NCBI RefSeq assembly: GCF_000150275.1
Contig: NW_002060970.1
Location: 146,197 to 210,196 of the forward strand
From: Trichoplax adhaerens
Lineage: Eukaryota > Animalia > Placozoa
Length of the DNA: 64,000 nt
Direction: 5' to 3'
Made by a program: the position numbers and the translations under genes. The notes beneath the pieces were generated by a model. That model saw only the letters and a program-made list of their open reading frames with translations, did no database searches and had not been told where the DNA came from. This document shows positions 1 through 12,145 of this stretch, piece by piece (the stretch's first letter is position 1; each line of letters starts with the position of its first letter).

Positions 1-22
1 TCAGCACTTGCATAAACACGGT

Positions 23-674
23 TGTGATATATACCGATCACGAAATTCCAAATTTTAGAAAAATAAGGGCTTTATTGAATCTTATACAAAGATTAACTGC
101 ACACAGCTCTACTCTAGCCGAATACTACTTCTAAAGACTTCTAGAACGAACTAACAGAATAATCTAAAGTTGCATGCTTTTATACTTTTCGTAGTATTCG
201 CAGCTACAATCTGCATGGCAACCTTTTACCTTATATTACACATAGTTAAATTATTCTTAGTAAGACTATTCTACTGCGGACCATCATTAATCCAATATGG
301 ATACGACTACAGTACTTACGTAGACATTATTCACACCAGCCAAAGTACAATGAATTAACCATATCCTAATGTCTGATTTACAGTTCTATTTTTACCTATA
401 ACCTTATTAGTAACTCAACATCTTACTGTATATAGTCATCTGTACTCTAGCATAGAGTCTCTACCACTACAGTCTATAGTTATAGCTACCAAATATCTCT
501 TAGGATAAATATCTACCGTATATTATACTAAACATGGCTAACAGTCTACAATCACAATACTAGTTACATTACAACAGTATTTATTATGTGAGTGATCAAC
601 TAACTTACGAGCTACTTAGTCACTCCAACTAACTACGGAGAGATACTGTAAGTAAGACTAACAACTTCCTCACA
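23..674 (-). mobile_element. Possible old solo LTR
   Basis: TGTGA...TCACA termini, minus-strand TATAAAA then AATAAA, and composition like the other elements. No TSD found. Confidence 0.35.
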
Positions 675-829
675 TGTATAATAAGCGGCTTGTTGTAAGA
701 TTAGCTTTATGAGTTTTTACTTCTATTCAAACAACGAAAGTATAGTACCTTGTCGTGCACTAGAGAAGTATCAACTTGTAATTTTAGTGGTTAGCAGTTG
801 ATACCCTAATTTAGGATTGCATAGTCTAA

Positions 830-1260
830 AATAGTAATTGCCAACTAGCTAAACTGGATTATATTTATCGCCTCCGAGATGTTAAGGTTCGAAGTACAAC
901 TCCTATGTTTAGAGGAAATATCTTAGTACGATAGATTTATATGTATCTGTTAAACTATTAATAAGCATTGATTATTTTAATACTGTTACAGTAAATTTAA
1001 TAGGATTAGACTGTATCTAATCTGTACGGATAGAATCTCTTTCGGGTATTAATTTGGTTAATCTCTAATGGACGAGGTGACTTGTATAGCTAAACCGGTT
1101 TTAGGTTTGAAACCTATATAAACGAAGAGTTCGCCGACAATAAATTAGATTCTGATTTTCTAGTAAGTCTGGAAGGTCTCCCTGTATTAAACCCTATCTG
1201 ACTTAAAGTACCAATTGTCTGGTATTCCAAAATTAATAGAATTTTACCGGTTATCTAGAA
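830..1260. repeat. Diverged dispersed repeat, homologous to ~48060-48430
   Basis: taaatttaataggattagactgtatctaatctgtac...taaaccggttt (~992-1100) vs taaatttaatagaattaaattgtatctaatccgtac...taaaccagttt (~48213-48324). Boundaries approximate. Confidence 0.65.
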
Positions 1261-2393
1261 TGTAATATCAAGCAAATTATTAGCAGTCACCTTTGAAGTT
1301 CTGTCGGGAAAATCCTCTTGGAAGCTTAAGAAGCTAAGCAATATGCGGATATTAGATGTAAAAATCAAACGATAGATTGGAATGAGTACATGGTATATTT
1401 GCTTGCGAACGATAGCAGAGGATTTAATTAATTTTACTGATACTTATATATTGAATATATTTTAATATAGCAGTTGATATCTTCATGCAATTTTCGGTAT
1501 GGTTAAAACAGTAAGGAAATTTCGGTAAAACTTAAGCGTTTTTATTTCTATTGCTTACATCACATCAGCCATGTTTATTGACTGCAAAATATTAATACTA
1601 AAGAATATTTAATTTACAATAATATTTATACCGAGCTAAAGACATGTACAAATATTTTGATGATATAGTATATGAACTCAATACTATAGAACAACGGACT
1701 GTAGTAACTACATGTACAGCATAAACTTACATTTTGACGATATAATAGCTCAGTATGGCACAAAGTAAATGGCTACGGTGATTAATATAGACATAACAAT
1801 TAGGTGCTGTGCTCAAAATCGTAGTAAGTTTAACGTGTATTTACAGTTATTAAAGTTACTTATAGACGTAATAGCCAATTTTCGAGATGTTATTACAAAA
1901 AAATTGATTTATTATAAATTCATTATACACTAGTCCCGTCTTAACCGAAATAGATACATTATCTAGGTAACTTTATAGTAATATCAAGTCCATAGTTTTT
2001 CCGTGCATTAGCATTACAACGTGAATTATCTCAAGATGGAACAATCGTCAGAAAGTGTTCTATAGATTGGGCTTATAAGGTGACAATTAGGTGTATAGAT
2101 GGTAACGAATAAATACGGCATTAGTATAAGAGTCAACTATTATAGACAACAAAATAATGAAGCAAGGTATTAGTCTTCTCAGTACAATAGTTTGTTATCT
2201 TCTTTCTCCAATGAAAGCTAAATTACCGACAGTGACTTTTCATTAACAATGTCCTTACAAAACTAGGAGTCAATAGCAGCTGAAGTTATAAATTAATAGA
2301 ATATTCATCTAGCTCACAATAATAGATGAATTAGGGTAGATTACACTTGAAAAGCTATCAAGTATGTTCAACAATTTGCTGTACTTATAGAAT

Positions 2394-5300
2394 TCAAGAT
2401 GATAATTTGACATAGAAAGGGCCTTTGCTCCTAGAAGCGGATGTATTAGGATCTTTCATATTCTAGCAGAGAACAAATTAGCATAGGTATCTCAAAATCG
2501 AAGTTATTTGCCCATAATTAATTTGTATTGTATTACTATACTATTATAAATATCTTTCCTCTATTTTTCCAATTATGTTTTAGAAAGATATTCAAAGTTA
2601 CAGTCTTGACAAAAAGATTTTATCACTAAAGCTTACATCGGAGTTTGCTCGGCCGGAGTTCATTTTCTGGCTAGTTACTAATATTGCCTTCCTTCTGGTT
2701 GCTACCCATGCACTTTTAACCTAAAGTAATAGATCAATTTAAAGATTGTACTAAAGTGTTGTTTAAGAAAGAAACTATAACTGTCACAAATCAGAAATAT
2801 AATCCATTCAATGTGCTGAAATTATTTACCAGCTATGTAATATACGCTTTCTTACCTCACGATTTAGAAGGCAGCTAAATATCAAGATGTGAAGACCCTA
2901 GAAAACATTGAAATGCTTATTTAAGATGATTTAATGCTTTTGATAGCTATGATATCGAAACCTATAAAATTATGTATACTACAGCATAATGTTTGCAAAT
3001 CTAAATATGATTTAGTCAGTATTTAAATACTATAATTCCTGGTATATCCATGAAGCGATCTATGAATGTTACTTTATATAAATTAATCGTTAAGCAGCAG
3101 AAATATAGAGTACCTGTAACGAATTGAATATGATAAACAAATAACTGTAAGCGGTAGGGTTGTATCCAATTGGAATTATCCCTAAACACCACGATAATAC
3201 AAGTATTGACCATAAAACGGCTGCAGCCTTAAATTCAGACCTAAATAACAACGTTTCCGAAATTATAAGTTAAACTTATCCGATGAATGGATTCTCATAT
3301 TAAGAATATAAATTATGACAACGTTAAACTACTCTAATAGTAATCTGATGTTGTAAAAGGTGCGGTTCTATGGAATAGAAGCGGGCTAATGCAAACAGAT
3401 TTGATTTAGAAATATCTGTATGCAAGAGCAGAAATACAAATAAAGTGGTGTAAGATATCTTTCTAATTATTTTAATTAGCCTGTTGCTATAAGTAGTCAG
3501 AATGGAGAAATACTCGTATTAGTGAATTTTCCTACAACATCGATATTCCATTAAGGTTACAATTTAAATGGTACGCAATACTGTGATAAATGAAAGCCTA
3601 AACTTAGCACCATCATCGTAAATCTATGAGCTCTAGTAATTAAAATTTTTTCAGCCAAGAGCCTCTAATAGCTATCTTATTTCGATTATCATACTTTTTA
3701 ATGGCAAGACCTAATATTTCGGACTAGTTTTGCTGATATATTAATTATTTATCAACAGCATTTTCAATTAATTACATAGGTAAAAAACTAAGGGTCAACT
3801 AGTAGAAAGCAGCAGTCTTAAATTAAAAAATAGACAAACATACTTGATTTTAATCAGTTTATCATTTTTAGTCACATTTTCCGATGTGATTGAAGCGCGT
3901 TTAATGATTAGCTTCCTTAGCACTACCAGGAAAATGATGCTATTTGCCTATAAGATGCAAATTATGTATTAATACCTTCACAATTACACAAGTTTTGAAC
4001 ATTCAGCAATTTTTAACATTTTCAAGCTAAATGATCATAAATTCATAATAAATACCAAAGTTAAGATCAATATTGGAGTAAAGAGTGCCAAAAACATGCT
4101 ACTATTGTAAGATATCCAGCACCTGAAAAATAAAAATGCCCATAAATGAATGAGATATACTTATTCAAGTATATCGCGTTTAATTAAAATGTTAAGAAAA
4201 TTAAATTGAAAAGTAGAAAATGTTAAATACTACGAAATCTATGCAGATTAAAGTAATAACCCTTCATCCAAGCCATATTGATTAATATGAGTAGCGACGG
4301 TTATTCCTACTATTAGTGTTGGTATACCTTAAATTCATGGTTGATAGAAAAGTACACTTAAGCTTATCATTTAAAGAACAGAACCTACGAAAAGTCGTTA
4401 AATATTCAAACTTGCGTTAAAGACTTACCCCATCCAATTATAAAATAAAACCTCGATTTATTACGTTGATAAATAGCTGCCGTTATCATAAAGTAGAAGT
4501 ATAAGCCTTCGACTGATATCCAAGTTAAGGAAGCCAAATAAAATAGGTGAAACAAGATGGTCGATATCTTGCACAATACCTATTTAATAAAGTTGGATTC
4601 AATTAGCTCCATTGCTTTATAAATATTGAAACTAAATCTGTTACATAAATTATCGTATATTTTGATATTATTTTCCAAAATAGAACTTTATCTTTACAAG
4701 TATTGTGTAGTATCTATACGTTTTAAAATTAATAGCTGCTTACCTGCCCTTTAGATGTACTAATTCCCAAAATTAAGGACATTTGAGCGATTAAAATGGC
4801 TACGATCAGATTCTTTTGAATCAAAGATCTTTCAGTATTTAGACTAAAGATAGATTGGAAAAAATATAACGTTAATATGAAATTTCTTCGGATTTCTATT
4901 TTACAAATGCTTATAATATCTAATCCATATGCTAATCATATTTCAAACCTTAGATATAAATAAGTGACTAAGGTCACTATGAGAATAATGATGGAGGCAC
5001 CAACAAAGACATATGCCAAGATCCGTAAAGCTTTTAATTTTCCACATGGTTCTATTATTTCAGTCTAAAAGATAGTTACTACCTTTAGAACTTATTCAAG
5101 AGCTTTTAAATCACATTCAATTCACTTACTATATACTATAGCTAAACTGTATATTATCAATTAAATACTGCGCAAAACGACTTTATAAAATAATATACCT
5201 TAATATTATGTCGCTGTAAAGCAAAATGGGTCAAATGATTGCAAGAACAAACTGTATAATTTGCGGCTCTTTCAGCCACATGACATCCTTGAGAGGACCA

Positions 5301-8300
5301 TTTACTGCCGAGAAGAAATTTAAATAAAGCATATCAAGATAATTAAACATTTCAGTATTTTTTCATTCATGCTTCCTAAAATTAAATACTCTGCAGTAAA
5401 TAGCACTATTAATCTATTCCAAGCCATGGAATTGTTAGGTTATTATTATATTGAGAACAATATTCAATATACTTCATGAAGGAGAAATCTGTAGCTATCT
5501 GATCGGTATCGCAAGTTTTAAAAAGATTAAAAATTGTAAAATGACTCTAAATCGAACCTAAGTGTTAGATTCCAAAATACGCAAGTAAAATTGGATGATT
5601 CATTCGCTGATTCATGATCAAATCGGTAGCGAAATTCTCTTTCATTTCCGTTAAATGCCGATTTAGGATAGACCGTACATGAAATAATAGCCGATAAATT
5701 TCTGCAGTGTAAAATTAACCAAAATGATAATTTAATGATTAAAAGCTTTTAAATTTGCTAACACTAGATACATAGAAGTTGGTTCAACCCTATTAATTAT
5801 CAAACCTTGTATTGGTGAAAACTTGATTTAATGTTGGCATAAGGCCGACGCTGATTACAACTTTGGAACCTAAAGCAAGCATTAAATGTGAAGCTCTCTA
5901 GTACCTTTTTCAATTTCCAACTATGATTTTAATTTAAACTTTCAGCAAAAGGATACTTCATCTCTGCTATAGTAAGAGTTATTCAAATTGTTAAGAAAAA
6001 TGTAAACATCTGTTGCTAGACTGCCTTACCTGTGCTTATTGACCTATTCGATAAATTTAAGTTGATGCTTTTGTCCGAAGTATTATTTGCGACCAGTTTT
6101 GCTCTATATCCTTCAAATGTAGAATCAGGCTGAATGGCGGAAATATGCAATTCTAATTGAATCAAGATATTTTTATAAGAGAATTAAAATTCTGAAAATG
6201 GGTAAAAATTAAAAATAAATATACTGCTATTTGAATTAACAGTAATTGCCTATTATTTCCGATTTAATCACGATTTCTTGTCCAACTCGAAGAGTTTTCG
6301 CTATTTTAGCTTGCAAATCATCTGAAGCTGTAACTGCTGTTGTAAACAGCTGATTCTTAATCGTTGGATCCTATCAAATTAGTACAATAACATTCATAGT
6401 TAATACTACCTCTACATTTAGCACTTTTTAAAATAGATAACAATTATTAAGTGAGCTATATTGATAAATTTAATAGTAAATTTTTAAATTAATTTTAATT
6501 TATTTCAACGAACCGGTATACTTGCAACTTTAAGAGAAATTTTCCCTAATTCTCGATAATAAACCTTTAGAAAGGTAATAATAAAATATGAACATTTAAT
6601 AAAACTCGCTCGACATAATAATGTCTTACTTGGTGAACTCTATGCATGTTCGTTAAATTGTGCTTACTAACGCAGTACCGGCACATGTAAATAAATTAGA
6701 CTGATTTTTTAATGCATGAGTACGAATAGAGAATCTTGAAGGCGTTTAGTAAGATTTACCTTAATTCAATCTGATGTTAGAATACTAACAGATGATACTC
6801 CAATTATTCAGTACAGTAGACAAATGAAACTATATTCTCAAAATATATTGCAATTGAAGAGTATTCCTAGCTTTTAACACCTTCATGTTTATATTAGCTT
6901 ACTTCTGTAAATTTAGTTTTGTAGGCTAAAGATGTGTTCTGAATTTGAGTTCTGGCTAAAATTTCTTCCAGATGGTTCATTTCCTGACTCAGAACAGCTG
7001 GATTATCGCTTATGGTGTTTTGTTGCAATAAGATGATTCCCGTTTGAACAGAAATTGTGTTCTAAAGTGTATAATGGAAAGAATAGCTCTATTAAGAAAT
7101 GTATTTTTCCTTCCCTCAAAAAAGTTAATGTTATGACTTCGATTTTAGTAAATGTATCTGTACTATAGAGAGTTCTGGATTTTCGATGACAATATTTGCA
7201 AGTTATTAAAGCTTATATTGACTAAAATAGCACAATAAAAAGTTTGTCGTTAAATATATTACTGTATCTCCCTAACCATCATTAATTCTAAATCTTTGGC
7301 TTTCTACAAGGGCTGGTACTAACGAGAAAGCATACAATTAGAAACTCGTTACTTGACTTACATTTCCTGTCAAGATAGCTGAGGGAATACTTGTTCCTGT
7401 TAAGATTGTAAGTGATCATTTAAAATCAGTAGATCTTAATCTACTCTACGTTGGGCGTAGGATATTAGATTAATAGTTACTAAAAATAGAAGTTGTAAGT
7501 AACCTTACCGTTTACGATCGAAAAAGTCACTGGCTTGCTGGGGGTACACGCTAAAAATCGATTTATAAGGTTAGAATGTGATCGTGACATTAAAGCAAAG
7601 TTGGACTTTGCTATATTATATATCGTATATGCCATAAATACTACAGCTAATAGTGATATTTCGGTTTATTTTCGTAACTTAGATGTTGCATGATACTATT
7701 TCAGTCTATACCTCCAATATTAAAAGTCATAGAGCTATTGTCGGGATTATCGAGCCGGAAACCCCAGATTGATTTTTGACCAAAATTACCCTTGAAACGA
7801 TCTATTCGGAGCATGGTAGTTGATCGTGCGTATGGAATTTCGTAAAAGTAAGGCGCTACTCCAAAAGAATAGCCACAAGCTGGTCTCCTAATACTAACTT
7901 TATACCATAGCATACCGCCAATTTTATACAGGAAAAATCCAAATAGATTAACTCCATTGGATATAAGAATTAGCTGAAATGTGTTCGTCTACATAAGTAA
8001 AGAAATGATTTTAAATTGGATTTACAGTTTTAAAATGGTAGAATATCGCCATTGATAGTCCTGATAGATATTGATTATTGCCTTCGTACCGTTCTCAGAT
8101 TAACGTAATAATTATAGGGCGCTGGTAGCAAGTCTTGCCATGTAATGATAACCACCTGGCTAACGTTAAAGCTATCAACAGTCCTGTTAAACAATCCATA
8201 ATTTGTTGAACTAGGATTAGCACGCATATAATCTTGTAAAGCAGCAACATCGTTGGCAGCTCTTTTAAATATTCCTTTAGCTAATGCTGATTGATCTTTA

Positions 8301-10616
8301 AGAGTATATTCGTGCATAAGGATGCCAGATGTCTTATATCCTCGAGCATCAGCATCAGAATAAAACGGAGCTATTATGGGGATATTTTTAGGAGAAGGAA
8401 AGGTTAACGGATAAGGATTTTCATATTTCTTGCCAAAGCTGACATATCCATTGACCGATATCTAAGATCATTGATGTAAAATGAAAATCGATAAATAATC
8501 ACTCGAAAACACTCAATCTAGAGTTAGTACGATTTCATTACACCGAAAAATTGAAACCTACGTAGAGATTTTTATAACATGACCCTTCGATTGGGATTTC
8601 ATCCTTTAATGGTAAGCTTACAACATCATCTCTTCCGCTACCGTGTACGGTCTCCTCGTAAATAATAGTATAGAAATCTACAAACCATAAGAAAGTAAGG
8701 ATAGGTTAAGGCTTTAATCAATCCTCGAATCGATGTCGATGTGACTATTTTGAAGCGTTGTTCATTCTAACCTTCGCAGTAAGTACCATTGCCGTGGTAG
8801 CCTTCCCTACACTGGCATCGAAATGAACCAGGTACGTTTGTACAGCTAGCATCTGCTGAGCAAGAACTGGTAATTTTGCATTCATCAATATCTATTATAA
8901 GAAGATTTAGAAAGAAAATATTATGTCGGACTTATGCAACTTGGAGATACTAGTCTATAGACATGGAAAGAATTTGCCACTCATTCCAATTATTCGAAAT
9001 ATTTAACCGATTTAAGATGGCACAAACCGGTATCGCAGTTTTTTCCAGTCCATCCAGGATTGCAATTACATGAATATTCCTCTTTAGTCTTATTACATTT
9101 ACCGTGTATACACGGATTAGGCAAGCAAATATTATTTTCTATAAATTGAATTAATATTTTGAATTCGTTCCGTTCTCAATTATTTTAGCATCATTTAATA
9201 AATAATAATTTCAATATTCGATCATGACTAAGGCAGGATTTTATGCAGTAATGAAATTTATTTGAAAACTACCTTCACAAGTACAATTAGAATTATTTGG
9301 TATTGGAACACAAGAACTACCAGTACATGCGTTGCTTAAGCACTCGTCGATATCTACAGAAATTAAAAAAAATTGATAAGTGATTCAGCAATTTCTAACT
9401 ATCCATTAAATAGTCATACACACAAAATATCTAAGTAGAGAAAATACTTTTCAAACCTCCATTTGTAAAATAAGATGAATTAGTTAACGAGTTATCTAAT
9501 CGAAAGGCCCAAGTCGATTTTAGGCCAAAGTTTCCATTATAGCGATCAATCCTTAACATTGTGGTCGATCGAGAATAGCTGATTTCATGATAGTAAGGTG
9601 TAACACCAAAGGAGTAACCGCTAGTAGGACGTTGAATACTCACTCTATACCATAACATTTTACCAATATCGAAGTGAAATATTGAGAATAAATTAACACC
9701 ATTGGAAATTAATATCAGTTGAAAGGTATTGGTCTAAAGTGGCAGAAAAGTTTGAGGATGTTTTAGTTAAAATTCTTTAATTAAGGGCAAAGCTGCATTA
9801 TACCTATACTAATATAATACTAATTGTAGCATGGCGGAACTTGAATATTAGTATTACTATCGCATTATGCTTATTCAAGTAAATCTAATTGCATCAAGTT
9901 TGCATTCGGTGTTTAAAGTAATTGTTTCTTTTAATAGCTTAAAATAGAACATTTACCGTATTAGCTGCAACATAATAGGTATAAGGAGAAGGTAATAAAC
10001 CATGCCAAGTAATGACTATAACATGGTTTGCTTGAAATCGATTGACGATATTATTGAATACACCATACGTGTTGCTGCTTGGATTATTTTTGACATACGT
10101 TTGAAAGTGAGCTATATCGTTGGTTGCCCTTTGTAAGACTTTATTTGTTTGTGTAGAATTTTCCAGTAAGAGATACTCTTGCATGTAAATTCCGGAGGAC
10201 TTATAACCACGAGCATCCGCGTCAGCAAAGAATGGAGCTATGATCGGAATATCTTTCGGTGAAGGAAATACTGACGGATAGATGGTTTTATACTTTTTTC
10301 CCAGGCAAACATAGCCATTGACAGAGACCTAAATTTTAGCAGTAAAATTTTTTTAGAACATAAACAATAGATATCCAAGACGGAAATTGTTTACTATGGA
10401 CCTATCTACAGGAACATCTTCATTATTTTCTAATACTTATGATGAATTTATATAAAATAGCAATAATTATTGAAATGTTGCATCTTACATATAACTGTTT
10501 AAAGCATGAATTGATGAAATTGATATTCTTCTTTAAAGGAAAGGCAGCAAGTTCATCATCTGCATTTCCAAAAAAAGCATCTCCAGCTTGTAAGCCATAG
10601 GGATAAGGTGTAAAAG
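2394..10616 (-). CDS. Adhesion GPCR gene 1, multi-exon: NIDO-EGF-EGF-cbEGF-NIDO-GAIN/GPS-7TM; signal-peptide exon not located
   Basis: Exons splice in frame. NIDO exons ([40 protein letters not shown]). EGF exons (DIDEC...). GAIN exon 5558-5701 ([10 protein letters not shown]...CVFWN). GPS exon 5199-5304 (KWSSQGC...CSCNHL|THFAL). TM1 4949-5064, TM2 4744-4843, TM3 4429-4579 ([11 protein letters not shown]...IGWG), TM4 4261-4327, CW+TM5 4056-4122, TM6-7 3114-3240 (...FNSLQ), 2856-2897 ([14 protein letters not shown]). Tail exons end at TGA ~2394; the terminal exon is less certain. Confidence 0.9.
7712..8677 (-). other. NIDO domain 2 of gene 1 (3 exons: 8562-8677, 8090-8461, 7712-7988)
   Basis: [10 protein letters not shown]...[13 protein letters not shown] and [12 protein letters not shown]...WGFRLDN. 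Two exons have the same lengths as in NIDO1 (372 and 277 nt). Confidence 0.85.
8772..9353 (-). other. Three EGF-like exons of gene 1 (9273-9353 truncated with 5 Cys; 9028-9138; 8772-8891 calcium-binding EGF)
   Basis: Translations [63 protein letters not shown] and [40 protein letters not shown]. All three are phase 1-1 exons. Confidence 0.9.
9457..10616 (-). other. NIDO domain 1 of gene 1 (3 exons: 10489-10616, 9957-10328, 9457-9733)
   Basis: Motifs [20 protein letters not shown]...FPSP...[31 protein letters not shown]...GNFG...WAFRLD match the nidogen/tectorin/MUC4-type NIDO pattern. Confidence 0.85.
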
Positions 10617-11369
10617 CTATCATTTTTAATACCAAGATAGTATTGAAAAGCATTATTACGTACCGTACCACATCAGAAATAGAATTAATTATTTTTAGAA
10701 TATCCTCCTATTAGATTATGGCACATCATGTAAATGGTTCTCAAACCGAATTGCAATTAAATTCACCAACTATATTATAGTAATATGCAGGATTACCTAT
10801 TAGTAAAATCTTATGCAGTCATTAAATGTTGGTAAAAGTGAAGCAAACAGCTGATCAGTACTAAAACTTTTAGCACTATGGAATGAAAGGTATGCTTTGA
10901 TCCCTTAATTTAATGCATACGATTCAAAGGGTTAATTTTGATTGTAATTTATTGTTTTCATTTGTCAACTGACGATATGCCAATCGATGAATCATGCTAT
11001 TTACAAAGCCCATTATAAAAATCGCCTTTATACGAGAAACTCATAGTCTGAAGTCAATATTATTTAATTATCGACATTACTTCATCACACAGGAAGAGAT
11101 TCTACTGGCAGCTTTTCGTAATAATTAGAAACGTATTTCCTTCGATCTTTTATGCAATATCTACGTCCTATTCATAGTATTTGTGACGAATTAGTAGATT
11201 TGCTTCCTACACATTTTTAAGGATTCGGAAATTTCTAACCACTTGCAGAAAATTTTAATTTATATTTTAGAAATGATCGAGCACAGTCTACCCTATCGGT
11301 TGACTATTTGCAACTGCTAATTTTAAGCTTCATAACTGTTCATGTACACCAGCTCACGGATTTCCAATA

Positions 11370-12145
11370 AAACTACTCTAAACATGAATACACTATATAC
11401 AAAAATGAACGCTGTAGTAGGGTCTAGCTAGATATTACTAGATTTTGATTTGTTCAAATTATAAAGTGATAACTATATAATGAAGAAAGCAGCAATACAG
11501 TTACAAGCAGTAACAGGTTTCTGACAAAGCTACTCCAATCATGAATATATCCCAAAAGAAGCATGTAGTAGGTTCTAGATGTTACTATATCTTTTGATGC
11601 TCAAATCAAATAACAAACAACAATAGTTTTGTAATAAATTACTAAACCGCTCTATAGTTTACCGCCGTCTGTAAATTTGCATTGAATAGCATGACACGTC
11701 GATTCTTATAAAGCTACTCTAATTACGAACATGTGCCAAAATGTACTTTATAGAAGGCTCGAGATATTACTCCGTCTTGTTATATTCAAACCAAACAAAT
11801 CAATAGCTTTGTAATTAGACACTAAACTGCGCTATAGATTAACGTCATTAGTAAATTTACATTGAATATTATGGCGCTTAGGTTCTGACAAAGTTACTCC
11901 AATCATGAATACGAGTGCGTACCGAAATGAACTCTTTAGTAGGCTCCAGATATTACTGTATTTTGTTATGCTCAAATTAAAAAATACTAGCTACGTAATA
12001 AGCGACTAAATTGGACTATAGTTTACCGCCATTAGTAAATTTACATTGAATTGCATGCCATGTAGGTTCTGACTAAGCTACTCCAATCACGAATACATAC
12101 CAGACTGAATTCTGTTGAAGATTTAGGATATTACTGTATCTTGAC
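11370..12145. repeat. Degenerate ~180-bp tandem repeat, ~5 units
   Basis: The block aagctactccaatcatgaata...gtaggttctagatattact...ctcaaat recurs at ~11371, 11528, 11711, 11891 and 12075. Confidence 0.85.

Noticed and set aside
10617-10671. ORF-track start for gene 1 (MVRYVIMLF...)
   Set aside because: Non-ATG start, and a phase-1 AG acceptor at 10617-10618 suggests this part is intronic. A downstream in-frame ATG cannot be fully excluded.
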